Shown: one piece after another, positions 1 through 9,481 of the stretch | Layout: each line of letters opens with the position of its first letter | Position numbering within the stretch: position 1 is the first letter of the stretch | Virus record (IMG/VR): IMGVR_UViG_3300038424_000251 | Coordinates: 1-64,000 of that record | Length of the DNA stretch: 64,000 nucleotides | Direction: 5' to 3' (one strand) | The notes under the pieces: generated by a model | The model's database searches: none | The model's input: the letters and a program-made list of their open reading frames with translations, nothing else | Told to the model about the DNA's origin: nothing | Made by a program: the position numbers and the translations under genes

Positions 1-1
1 A

Positions 2-487
2 TATGTTTCTAAAATAATTACTCCACAAAATCAGGGACAATATGGTTATACTGCTCAATCTTCTGATGCTCGCTTTGCTCCTATCGGGGATAGTGCAAGA
101 AGTGCTTCGTGGGCATCAAGTTCATTGGGAGATGTTCCTGTTGGTTGTGTAGTGGCTTGGTTGCAAAATTTGAGTGGAACACCTGCTTTACCAAGTAATT
201 TTGTTCAATGTAATGGTCAAACAATTACCGACCCACAAAGTCCTTATAGTGGATCAACAATATCAAACTTAAATGGTTCTGGTGCTCAAACCCAAAGATT
301 TTTAAGAGGTTCAACAACTTCGGGTGGAACGGGTGGAAGTGATACCAATACACACTATCATAATATAACATTTAATCAGAATGCCGCAGGGTCAAGTCCT
401 TGCAGTGCAAACGGTTCAACAGATAATACAACCATAAGCATACTTCCATCTTATTATGAAGTTGTTTGGGTACTCCGCATAAAATAA
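2..487 (+). CDS. Tail fibre/collar-domain protein, 5'-truncated by window edge
   Basis: Frame is open from base 2 (YVSKIITPQ...SASWASSSLGDVPVG). C-terminal PVGxVVAW...VQCNGQ...NLNG...FLRG...HxH...LPSYYEVVWVLRIK resembles a phage tail-collar domain; paralog of 2013..2537. Confidence 0.7.
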   Translation, partial: YVSKIITPQNQGQYGYTAQSSDARFAPIGDSARSASWASSSLGDVPVGCVVAWLQNLSGTPALPSNFVQCNGQTITDPQSPYSGSTISNLNGSGAQTQRFLRGSTTSGGTGGSDTNTHYHNITFNQNAAGSSPCSANGSTDNTTISILPSYYEVVWVLRIK

Positions 488-490
488 GAT

Positions 491-1711
491 ATGAATGAAG
501 ATTTTATCAAAGAAGATTACTACAAAAATCGAAAAAAGTTACATTACTATCAACATGCTATTGATTTAGCCAATAGATACGGTGGTAAATCTGTCGTTGA
601 TATTGGACCTGCTAATGTGCCATTACTTGACAATCTTAAAAAATTCAAAAGAAAAGTAGCCATTGATATCAATCAATTACCTGAATTGAAAAAGAAAGCA
701 GATTGTATTAAGGATGATTTCTTGGCACATAAATTTGAAGAAAAATTTGATATGGGTATTTGCCTTCAAGTGTTAGAACATTTGGAAGACCCAAAAATTT
801 TTGTTAAAAAGATATTTGATTTATGCAATACCGTCATTATTTCAGTCCCGTATAAATGGCCGGAAGATAGCTGTGAACATCATATTCACGATGAAATTGA
901 TGAGAAAAAATTATTTGAATGGACAAGTAAAATACCGATTGAGGCGAATATAGTGGATAATAGACTTATTGTATTATATAAACAACCAAAAAAAGTTTTA
1001 ATAGTTGTAATCAGCGATACAGAAATTGGTAGTGAATGTATGGATGCTATTCTCAATCAGGATTATCCGAACTTCACGACATTGACTTCAATTGTCAAGC
1101 CTGACCCAAACAAGTTAAGGGAAGAAAACATCATTATCAATAGAAATATTGTAAGAAAAAAAGCATTAAAAACTGATGCTAATTATTTTTTCTTGGTAGA
1201 TTCAGATGTGATTTTACCAAAGAATGCTTTATCCAATCTGATGATACAACTTGAGCAGCCAATTTTGGATACAAGAAGATTTCAACACCTTGAAAAAATG
1301 TTCGGTAAGATTGAAAATAAAAAGAAACATATAATTGGTGGATGGTATAAACTCACCGAAGATACTTGGAGTCCTTCACGATGGGTTGCTGATAATACAT
1401 TAGTTTCATTAAAAGCAGTTGAACCAAGTGTAGTGGTTGTGGACAAAATAGCTTTGGGTTGTATAGTTATGTCAAAAGAAGTATTGAAGAAAATAAAATT
1501 CAGAACCGGACACGATTTAGTAATTAATGGTGACACTCACCCCTGTATGTGTGCAACTTTCGGAATTGATGCTCAAGATGCAGGATATACTTTGTATATG
1601 GATGGTTCAGTAATATGCCAACATCTAAAACAATTAAAAAATGATTATGTGGAATGCTTTCCAGATAATATTCAAAATTTAAATCCAGAAAAGATTGAAA
1701 TGTTTGTTTAA
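491..1711 (+). CDS. Class I SAM methyltransferase fused to GT2-like glycosyltransferase
   Basis: N-half has VVDIGP, DIN and FDMGICLQVLEHLEDP (Methyltransf_11/23-like). C-half has YFFLVDSDVIL (DxD), LGCIVMSKEVL and YMDGSVICQH (GT-A fold). Confidence 0.75.
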   Translation: MNEDFIKEDYYKNRKKLHYYQHAIDLANRYGGKSVVDIGPANVPLLDNLKKFKRKVAIDINQLPELKKKADCIKDDFLAHKFEEKFDMGICLQVLEHLEDPKIFVKKIFDLCNTVIISVPYKWPEDSCEHHIHDEIDEKKLFEWTSKIPIEANIVDNRLIVLYKQPKKVLIVVISDTEIGSECMDAILNQDYPNFTTLTSIVKPDPNKLREENIIINRNIVRKKALKTDANYFFLVDSDVILPKNALSNLMIQLEQPILDTRRFQHLEKMFGKIENKKKHIIGGWYKLTEDTWSPSRWVADNTLVSLKAVEPSVVVVDKIALGCIVMSKEVLKKIKFRTGHDLVINGDTHPCMCATFGIDAQDAGYTLYMDGSVICQHLKQLKNDYVECFPDNIQNLNPEKIEMFV

Positions 1712-1732
1712 TATATTTATTAATTTAAGGTT

Positions 1733-1996
1733 ATGATACGAAAGATAATAAAAAAAATAGATAATAAGAAGGTTATAATTAATATTCCTGTTATTGATAT
1801 CAATGATTATCAGGCTGTAGATAATAGTGGAGTTGGTAGTGGAATTGGCGGACTATATGGACCTACTACCACTAATTTTATAAATTTAATCGATGCTCCT
1901 AAACAAATAATATCAGAAGTTTTTATAATAACTGAAGATAATAATAATATTTTTAGAATTACAGAAGATGGACTACTATGTAGAGTATTGGAGTAA
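1733..1996 (+). CDS. Hypothetical protein, probably virion-associated
   Basis: ORF follows a TATTTAT motif; ITED repeated; lies in the fibre cluster. Confidence 0.5.
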   Translation: MIRKIIKKIDNKKVIINIPVIDINDYQAVDNSGVGSGIGGLYGPTTTNFINLIDAPKQIISEVFIITEDNNNIFRITEDGLLCRVLE

Positions 1997-2012
1997 ATGA
2001 TAAAAATTGGTT

Positions 2013-2537
2013 ATGGCACAGTCGGTTGTTAAAATTTCTCAATTACAAAGTATTTCTGGGTCTCTTGGTAATAATGATTTGGTTGAAGTTTCTCAAAATA
2101 TTGGGATAAATTTATATACAAGTTCAAAAGCTACAATGGCACAAGTAGCTGATTTCATTACAATTCCCGTTGGTGGTGTCATTGCTTGGATGTTATCGCT
2201 GGTAGGCACACCAGCATTGCCAAATAGATATGTACAGTGTAACGGACAAGTATTGACAGACCCTCAAAGTCCTTATAGTGGTTCGATAATTCCTAATCTT
2301 AACGGAACAAATAATAGAACTCAAAGATTTTTACGTGGTTCTACTACTTCAGGTGCTACAGGAGGAAGTGATACAAATATACATTCTCATAGTTCTACTT
2401 TAACTTCTGCATGTTTCTATGCAGGCAGTGGAACAATGTTTATAAATACTTGGGATTATAATGAACGTAGTGGTGATGAAACTATATCCGTTCTTCCGAG
2501 TTATTATGAGATTGTCTGGATAATGAGAATAAAATAA
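2013..2537 (+). CDS. Tail fibre/collar-domain protein (paralog of 2..487)
   Basis: N-terminal VKISQL...DLVEVSQ; C-terminal domain aligns with the first ORF (GTPALP, VQCNGQ, TDPQSPYSGS, TQRFLRGSTTSG, LPSYYE). ATG at 2013 preferred to TTG at 2007. Confidence 0.7.
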   Translation: MAQSVVKISQLQSISGSLGNNDLVEVSQNIGINLYTSSKATMAQVADFITIPVGGVIAWMLSLVGTPALPNRYVQCNGQVLTDPQSPYSGSIIPNLNGTNNRTQRFLRGSTTSGATGGSDTNIHSHSSTLTSACFYAGSGTMFINTWDYNERSGDETISVLPSYYEIVWIMRIK

Positions 2538-2540
2538 AAA

Positions 2541-3068
2541 TTATTTTCTTGGAGTAAAATTTACTGGGTCTAATAAAGGAGCTATTTCCTGTTCGCCACA
2601 GTCGGCCAAATATGATTTTACTTTTGGATTTTTTAATGCTTCACGGAATGATTGTTTCCATGTTATAGGAACGGGATTACCTGCTTCGTTGATATCTGGA
2701 TTATTATGAATTCTCTTTGCTTCTGACATCCAAGAACGAGTTACTTTATTAGTATGCTTGCGAATTCTCTCTCTATGTGATTCATTTGTATCATTAGGTT
2801 TTCGCAAACCGTTAGTTTTTATCTTAATCCAGATTTTATGTGGTTTTTCATCTTCATTGATATAAATAGAAGCACCTGAACGGTGTGTTTGCCAATCATT
2901 TCCTTCCATGTAACAGAACCAGTTTTTTCCTTCTACAATACCATCCCAATTTGGCGAACCGTCATTAAATCCTCCGGGCGTAGGGTATAGTTTAGGGTCA
3001 GGCGACCTATTAACGGCAGGAGCATGGCTAATCCATTCGATTATTTGAAGTAAAGTTTTTAGTTTCAT
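2541..3068 (-). CDS. Hypothetical protein with MKLKTLLQIIE leader
   Basis: Shared leader motif; TATTTATA 4 nt upstream of ATG on the minus strand. Confidence 0.6.
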   Translation of the reverse strand: MKLKTLLQIIEWISHAPAVNRSPDPKLYPTPGGFNDGSPNWDGIVEGKNWFCYMEGNDWQTHRSGASIYINEDEKPHKIWIKIKTNGLRKPNDTNESHRERIRKHTNKVTRSWMSEAKRIHNNPDINEAGNPVPITWKQSFREALKNPKVKSYLADCGEQEIAPLLDPVNFTPRK

Positions 3069-3087
3069 TGAATATAAATATGATGTA

Positions 3088-3981
3088 TTACTTGTAAGAT
3101 TCCCTTAATAAATTTAACTTTGAATCTCTTTGTGTGATTGTTATTCCCTGTTTCTTAAAAAAGTTTTCAACAGTATTCATATCATCTTCGGTAAGCATAC
3201 CTACATCCCAATATACCATACCTGTCTTTTTACCTTCTTCTGAAAAATGAAAACGAAAACGAACATTTGACCAATTGTGTGAAAATTCAGGTTCCCCACT
3301 ATGTTCTACACCATGATATCTTGATGATGGCAACCATTTATAGACAACTTCTCCATATTTACCTATCAAACCCAATCCCCATCGCCTTTCCTCTTTAGAT
3401 TCTTTTAAGTCATGATATTTAGCAATCCATTTTTTCCTTGTTTCAGACCTATCAGATGAGTACCGATTCATCATATCTTCTGCTTGTTTTCTACTAAATC
3501 CTAAATGACCGATGAGAAAATCTTTTAGTTCTGAGGTATAAGCTCTTATTTCTTCTGGGTCACCATAATATTTGTCACCCATCATTAGTGCATCATAAGT
3601 TATCTTATTGAATAGTTTTTTATGATAATTTATTGCATGAACTAATTCGTGATAAATAACACTGTCCACATATGCAGCATATTTACTTGAAGAATTATAG
3701 CGACCATGATAGACTCCCCCTATGGTTATAGTATCATCCTTAAAATTATATTCACCATATGGTAGAGTATCTTCTGAATAATATGTGTAACGAATTCTTA
3801 TGGATAGAATTTTATTTAGAAAGACATCAATTAAATCGTTCATAGAAAGACCAAACATTAAAAGTTGTTTAGAATCATATTCTTTTGGGAATGTTTTCTG
3901 CATATAAGTTCGCAAAGGTTCTCTAAATCTTTCCAAATCTCCAAAAAGATTTTCTAATAACAATATTTTTAATTTAATCAT
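3088..3981 (-). CDS. Leader + HExxH zincin-like domain + shared C-terminal domain
   Basis: MIKLKILLLE; YHELVHAINY with downstream YYGDPEEIRAY; the C-terminal module after DLKE resembles the ends of 5322..7064 and 27977..29086. Confidence 0.6.
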   Translation of the reverse strand: MIKLKILLLENLFGDLERFREPLRTYMQKTFPKEYDSKQLLMFGLSMNDLIDVFLNKILSIRIRYTYYSEDTLPYGEYNFKDDTITIGGVYHGRYNSSSKYAAYVDSVIYHELVHAINYHKKLFNKITYDALMMGDKYYGDPEEIRAYTSELKDFLIGHLGFSRKQAEDMMNRYSSDRSETRKKWIAKYHDLKESKEERRWGLGLIGKYGEVVYKWLPSSRYHGVEHSGEPEFSHNWSNVRFRFHFSEEGKKTGMVYWDVGMLTEDDMNTVENFFKKQGITITQRDSKLNLLRESYK

Positions 3982-4441
3982 TTATTTTAGGCTTCTGTGC
4001 ATTACAACAACCATACTCATTCACTTTTTCTTCAAGTTGAAATAGGTCTGGATTGGATTTATTCAGAGATTGAAATAACATACAAATTGATGTTTTTTGG
4101 TCAAAAGAACGACAATTTTCACATCTAACTTGACGATTTACCAACCCTGCTTCTTTTGGTGTATATGAGGCAACTTCCTTTCCTTTTAAATTTGGTGACG
4201 GTTTACCATAGACATAGAAATTACAACTCATTTCACAAGTTACTTTAATTTTTCCAAGAATGGAACATGTCAATCCATCTTCACCTGTCCACATTCTACA
4301 TGTAGCGCATTGAGCAAACTTTTCCTTTGGACCTTTTGGTTCTAAATATATAAAAACTTCTCTTGTAAGTTTGTTTTTTTGTTGTTTTACTTCGGAAAAT
4401 ACTTCCAATATCAACTTTTTTATATCATTTTTATTCATCAT
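3974..4441 (-). CDS. Cys-rich protein with two HiPIP-like CxxC...C...C units
   Basis: QCATCRMW..CSILG..SCNFY and RCENCRSF..CMLF..YGCCNA; leader IKKLILEVFSE. Confidence 0.45.
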   Translation of the reverse strand: MMNKNDIKKLILEVFSEVKQQKNKLTREVFIYLEPKGPKEKFAQCATCRMWTGEDGLTCSILGKIKVTCEMSCNFYVYGKPSPNLKGKEVASYTPKEAGLVNRQVRCENCRSFDQKTSICMLFQSLNKSNPDLFQLEEKVNEYGCCNAQKPKIND

Positions 4442-5310
4442 AATTGTACAAAGAAATAGTGAACATCTTCATCTAAATCATAGGCCCAAACTATAAAGTG
4501 TCTAGTATAAGGAGATATATTTCTAGCAAATTCAAATTGATGCCTATCTATTTTTTTTCTTAAAAAATCTGGAACATCGCATCTTGATAAAAATAAATGT
4601 TTATTAACTATTTGTTTTTGACTATTAGGAATATCTTTTGGATCACCAACAAGATGTTCCATTTCTGTGGCATCCGATGCTATATAGTTTCTAAATGATG
4701 GGTCATTAAGACCTGTTTTACAATTTCCTACATAACCATACCTTTTCCCACCTTCTGTTAATACAGTTTCATTATTTTCTAATCTAAAATAAGATTTACC
4801 GCCTTGTATTGGAGAGTAACAAATTTCTCTGATTGAAACTTTTAATTTCAATCCTTCTTTTATATGAGAAAATTTTCCTTTTTGGACATAAGCTAATGTT
4901 AAATGTGGGTTATATTCCGGGTAATCATTTTCATTCAGATAAATTCCTGAAAGTTCGTTTAATTTTTTTAAAACTGGACTGTTTACTTTAAACATTGCTA
5001 CATCATATTGGGGCGATGAAACAAATTTATCTAATCCTGTAAGTTCAACAACAAAAGGTTTTTGTCCTTTAAGAAGTTGACGAACTTCCAATTCATTTAA
5101 ATCCTTCAAAAATCCATAACGAATAGTGACATGACTTTCCGTTTCTCTGCCATATTCCCCGTTTTCTACATATAAATCATTGTTATTGATTAGTTGTTTA
5201 CTAAATTTTAAAATAGAATCAGATGATTCTTTTGGAATCATAGCCATCAAACAACCTTTTTTAGCCGTTGCGTCTCTATTTTCATTTACCATTTCTTTTA
5301 GATTTATCAT
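4438..5310 (-). CDS. 2H phosphoesterase (T4 gp57B/Acb1-like) plus C-terminal module
   Basis: Two HxT motifs, SHVTIRYG and YNPHLTLAYV; leader MINLKEMVNE; second module begins after VLTE. Confidence 0.75.
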   Translation of the reverse strand: MINLKEMVNENRDATAKKGCLMAMIPKESSDSILKFSKQLINNNDLYVENGEYGRETESHVTIRYGFLKDLNELEVRQLLKGQKPFVVELTGLDKFVSSPQYDVAMFKVNSPVLKKLNELSGIYLNENDYPEYNPHLTLAYVQKGKFSHIKEGLKLKVSIREICYSPIQGGKSYFRLENNETVLTEGGKRYGYVGNCKTGLNDPSFRNYIASDATEMEHLVGDPKDIPNSQKQIVNKHLFLSRCDVPDFLRKKIDRHQFEFARNISPYTRHFIVWAYDLDEDVHYFFVQL

Positions 5311-5321
5311 AATTTTTATTA

Positions 5322-7064
5322 TTATATATGTCTAACATACGTTTTATAATCATTAAGACCTATATGTTGAGGTTTATATATTCCTTTTTTTACTAACCAA
5401 TCTTCTGCTTTATGTCTATCTTCGTCAGTTGGTGGAAATTCATTCCACAAAATTGTATTTTTTGGGGTTTCTACAAAATATCTCCATCTTGTTCCTAATG
5501 ATGTGGAACCTATTCTCCCATGTGGTAATTCAGAATGATCTACTGCCATAACATCAGGAACCATTTCATCATAAGCTTCTATATTTCCATGATAAACTAC
5601 TCCTATGTAACCACGCCTTTTATTTATATCTTTTGCTTGTTCGTATGGACTCATTATTTCACTCATAGGCTTCTTAATATTACCAAAAATCAATTTATAT
5701 AATTCTTTAACATACTGAATAAATTTTGGTTTATCCAATTCGTAAATTCTTTTAAGTTTTTTTCGAGTATCGGAATGTGCCCAATATAACATAGCTACAC
5801 TATGAGGATGAATTGATTGATGGCCAGCAATATCATCTATCAAAGCTCTGAATCCTTCTTTTTTATTTGTAGGCCAAAATTTGCTAATTATAATTTCAAT
5901 ATTATTTTTATAATCATAAAGATTGGTTTTGAATTCTATATCTCTTAATTCATGTTCTATTCTATTAAATTTGTCTCCCGGTTCTTTAACAGTTCCAAAA
6001 ACATCTACACCTCTAATAGATGGATTTCTAAACCATCTTAATGATTTTTTGGATAATCCATATTTTTTAGGAAATTTTTTACGAAATTTTTTAAGAGTAT
6101 GTCCTAAAATATCTTGCAATAAATGTCTAACTTCATGTTTAACGTCGCGTAGTTTTCTTTCCATTGATGTGTTAAATTGTTCAATTAATTCTTCTACACA
6201 AAATGTTATATAAATAGCATTTTTTCCTGAGTCATAATAATCAGTACCTCCTAATGTTTTAGGGAGGGAATTATATTCTTCGTATGTTTCTACTGCTTTA
6301 AAATAAATCCAAAATGTTTTAAAATAACCTTCTCCTTCAATACTTGGTGTTCTGTAAAAGAACATATTTTGTTTAATTTTTATTGGAAATGCCATAATAA
6401 CCATCTCACCATTAGGAGATTTAAAAGGTTTAAGAGTTTCTCCTGATTTTATTTCTTGATATTTATTACCCACAATTTTATATGGATGGGCTAATGTTCC
6501 AAAAGACCTTGCCACATACGATTGAAGCATATCAGGAGATTTAGTTTGATACTTCTTTGATTTAAGGAAGGCTTCTATAATATAACCAGCAGCAGATTTG
6601 GTGATATCTATTACTTGTTTTTCAATTTCTAATGGAATCTCAAATGCTTCATTTAATTTTTTTATTTCAGGTCTTCTAAACATCGTAGGTCCAAAAAAAC
6701 TTGAAAGACTATAATCTTTTTTTCTTCCTCTATTATGTATGAATCCTAACGATTTATAAAATTTATCTAATTTCTTTTTGTACCGTTTTTCTGCTTCAGG
6801 AGAAAGAGTAATAATTAATCCGTGTTTATCAGCAAATGATTTAATGGCTTCTATAACTTTTCTTCCTATTCCTTGTTTACGAAACTCTTTCTTTATTTTT
6901 ATATCACGTAGATGAAATATATCTTGCCTGTAGCTTATATTAAAAAATAAACTTTCTAATTGAGGATACTGATGGATTAAGGACTGACGAAAATCTTCTG
7001 TCTCTTTATCAAGGTCAGTCTTATCTCCAAATCCTTCTATTATTAATGGTTTGAGTTTTATCAT
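5322..7064 (-). CDS. Multidomain: leader + GNAT + HExxH zincin-like + shared C-terminal domain
   Basis: MIKLKPLIIE; FRKQGIG...KFYKSLGF (GNAT motifs); KHEVRHLLQD; C-terminal VDHS..RWRY..NTILW. Confidence 0.65.
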   Translation of the reverse strand: MIKLKPLIIEGFGDKTDLDKETEDFRQSLIHQYPQLESLFFNISYRQDIFHLRDIKIKKEFRKQGIGRKVIEAIKSFADKHGLIITLSPEAEKRYKKKLDKFYKSLGFIHNRGRKKDYSLSSFFGPTMFRRPEIKKLNEAFEIPLEIEKQVIDITKSAAGYIIEAFLKSKKYQTKSPDMLQSYVARSFGTLAHPYKIVGNKYQEIKSGETLKPFKSPNGEMVIMAFPIKIKQNMFFYRTPSIEGEGYFKTFWIYFKAVETYEEYNSLPKTLGGTDYYDSGKNAIYITFCVEELIEQFNTSMERKLRDVKHEVRHLLQDILGHTLKKFRKKFPKKYGLSKKSLRWFRNPSIRGVDVFGTVKEPGDKFNRIEHELRDIEFKTNLYDYKNNIEIIISKFWPTNKKEGFRALIDDIAGHQSIHPHSVAMLYWAHSDTRKKLKRIYELDKPKFIQYVKELYKLIFGNIKKPMSEIMSPYEQAKDINKRRGYIGVVYHGNIEAYDEMVPDVMAVDHSELPHGRIGSTSLGTRWRYFVETPKNTILWNEFPPTDEDRHKAEDWLVKKGIYKPQHIGLNDYKTYVRHI

Positions 7065-7065
7065 A

Positions 7066-7668
7066 TTATTTTTGTTTCATTCTTTCAAACCAATCATCTC
7101 CATAAATCTTTGCTAGTTTATCATATATTTTTTTGGTAAGATGAATTCCTGCATCGGTCATCTGACCTAATTTGTCTTTTCCTTGCAAAATGCGTTGCCT
7201 TTGTTTTATATGAAAAACTCCTAAATCTGAACCTATTCCCAGTCTTTGATATGGTTTTTCTACCCATACACCCACTGCTCCAAATTCATTTGCAGCAAAC
7301 CCTACAGGTTTGTCTTCTATAAATGCTACTACCGTTTGATTCATAACAGGCAAATTTTCTTGTCTCATCTCATTATCCGACATATAAACAGGTTCATTAT
7401 TTTTATCACGTAATATGTCACCATTTTTATCAAATTTTACATATTTCACCTTTTCATTTCTTTGTCTATATTCTACAGTATAAGGACCATGTTGTTGACT
7501 AGCTATTAATTTAGGATATTCACTTTTATTGCCAAGCCAAGACAAACCACCTTCTGATTCATATCGGGTATATGCGTTAGAAGGAATGTGTCCTGTATAA
7601 TGATACTTAAGAAAATCTTCTTTATCAGACTCTATGATATTCTCAATAATGTCTCTTAATTTAATCAT
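7066..7668 (-). CDS. Leader + GNAT-like acetyltransferase
   Basis: MIKLRDIIENIIE; VWVEKPYQRLGIG and MTDAG. Confidence 0.6.
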   Translation of the reverse strand: MIKLRDIIENIIESDKEDFLKYHYTGHIPSNAYTRYESEGGLSWLGNKSEYPKLIASQQHGPYTVEYRQRNEKVKYVKFDKNGDILRDKNNEPVYMSDNEMRQENLPVMNQTVVAFIEDKPVGFAANEFGAVGVWVEKPYQRLGIGSDLGVFHIKQRQRILQGKDKLGQMTDAGIHLTKKIYDKLAKIYGDDWFERMKQK

Positions 7669-7994
7669 GGTTGTCGTAATGTTTTAATAAATGCTGCACC
7701 TTCTGGTGTAGTAATTCCCCATACAATTTTCCATCGAGGGTGTTCTCTATGTAAATCCCTAATCATTGCGGTTGCTATACCTTTTCTTCTTTCTGATTCA
7801 ACCGTTTCCATTCCGTCAATGTAAATTACATTTTCATATGTGGAATAATCAATTTTTCCAACTTTAATTCCCCTTTTGTCGTATGCAATAAGAGTGCAAT
7901 AATTCTGACCTTTATAATTATCTCTACAATCGTGTGTAAATTCTAAAGGCTCTCCTTTTACATATTCTGGTATAAGGTGTTTTAATTTTATCAT
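7665..7994 (-). CDS. Leader + GNAT acetyltransferase
   Basis: MIKLKHLIPE; ERRKGIATAMI and TPEGAAF. Confidence 0.7.
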   Translation of the reverse strand: MIKLKHLIPEYVKGEPLEFTHDCRDNYKGQNYCTLIAYDKRGIKVGKIDYSTYENVIYIDGMETVESERRKGIATAMIRDLHREHPRWKIVWGITTPEGAAFIKTLRQP

Positions 7995-9442
7995 ATTCCA
8001 GCCACTTTCTTAGCAATTGCTAATGCTTCATCTTTGGTCAATCCGGGATTACTATACCATGCATCAGCTACAGCATTTATAATTTCTTTGAATAATGGAC
8101 CCGGTTTCAAACCAAGGTCTTGTAAATCATATCCTGTTATAGGCATTTTTGGTTTAAGAGGGACGGTTTTTAATTTTTCCAATCTTTGTCTGATATTAGT
8201 AATTTGATTAGGCATTGACGATGCTTCAGAATGAGAAATATTATCTGCATGAATTAAATTTAATATATTTTCTAACTGTTCTCCTATTTCATTACGAAAT
8301 TTCAGTAGAGTTTTATCTTTGAATTTAACTCCAGCATCACCAGCTTGTTTTAATCTCATATGATTACGAACACCCAATTTAACTGCATCAATCAATTCTC
8401 TTGGATATTTTAATCTGTTCATTACATCTTCAACAATTTTTTCACCAGCTTCCTCATGTCCATAAAAATGAACACCTTTAGTCTCGGGGTCAACTGTTTT
8501 TGTGACAGTTTTTCCTATATCATGAAATAATGCCATTAACCGTTGAACTAGTATTGGTTCGGTTTTGCTTAATACATCAAGAGTATGTTGGAATACATCA
8601 TGTTTATGATGAATATTTTGAGCCATCTTTATTGCTGGTACTAATTCAGGAATTACAAATGGTAATAGTTCTGTAATTTTTAATAATTTAATTCCTTTGG
8701 ATGGAGAGCCAGTGATAAGAATTTTATTCAATTCGTCACGAATTCTTTCTTGGGAAATATTTTTAAGTTGAGAAGCATTTTTCTTTAAGCCTCTTATCAT
8801 AAATAAAGGAAGTGTCCAATCATATTTAACCGCAAAACGAACTGCTCTTAGCATACGGAGTGGGTCATCAGTAAAGATTTTATCGGGATTTAAAGGTGTT
8901 CTTATGATACCAGCTTTAATATCATCTTTGCCTTTACCTGTTAAATCAAGAATTTCTCCTGTGGATAAATCTTTTAATAAACTATTTACAGTAAAATCTC
9001 TTCTTTCAACATCATCTTTGAGTTCGCCGCCGGTAACTATTGGTTTTCTTGAACCCGGAATATATTTTTCTTTTCTTGGCATTACAGCTTCGATATCTAT
9101 ATCACTCAAATCTATACCATCATGAACAACACCACGAAGATTAAATTTAGCTGTTCCAAATCTTGGAAAAATTACAGGGTTTGAACTTGGGTCTTCTTCA
9201 GTTTCTCCACCTTTATAAGCTCCAACTTTTTTAGTAATCCATTTAGCAAATTCAATTCCACCATTTGGAGAATTAACAAGTAAATCCAAATCTTTCGGGT
9301 CTTTACCCATAAATTCATCGCGGACATATCCACCTGCTATGAATACTTTACCTTCCCATTCTGTTTCTTGGATGGTCTTTTTAATAAAGTCTTCTACAGC
9401 TTTTTCTTTTACACCTTCTAAAATAAGTTGTTTTATGCTCAT
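7991..9442 (-). CDS. cca: CCA-adding tRNA nucleotidyltransferase / poly(A) polymerase family with HD domain
   Basis: GGYVRD, DLD, RRDFTVN, DDPLRMLRAVRF, ERIRDEL, HDIGK. The start at 9442 gives the leader MSIKQLILE; the ORF track starts at 9478. Confidence 0.85.
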   Translation of the reverse strand: MSIKQLILEGVKEKAVEDFIKKTIQETEWEGKVFIAGGYVRDEFMGKDPKDLDLLVNSPNGGIEFAKWITKKVGAYKGGETEEDPSSNPVIFPRFGTAKFNLRGVVHDGIDLSDIDIEAVMPRKEKYIPGSRKPIVTGGELKDDVERRDFTVNSLLKDLSTGEILDLTGKGKDDIKAGIIRTPLNPDKIFTDDPLRMLRAVRFAVKYDWTLPLFMIRGLKKNASQLKNISQERIRDELNKILITGSPSKGIKLLKITELLPFVIPELVPAIKMAQNIHHKHDVFQHTLDVLSKTEPILVQRLMALFHDIGKTVTKTVDPETKGVHFYGHEEAGEKIVEDVMNRLKYPRELIDAVKLGVRNHMRLKQAGDAGVKFKDKTLLKFRNEIGEQLENILNLIHADNISHSEASSMPNQITNIRQRLEKLKTVPLKPKMPITGYDLQDLGLKPGPLFKEIINAVADAWYSNPGLTKDEALAIAKKVAGI

Positions 9443-9481
9443 TAAAATATAATTTTTTATTATACCATTATTTTTCATATT

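Noticed and set aside
125-2537. Paralogous fibre ends as a DGR template/variable repeat pair
   Set aside because: Differences are synonymous and not adenine-specific, both copies are coding, and no reverse transcriptase is present in the window.
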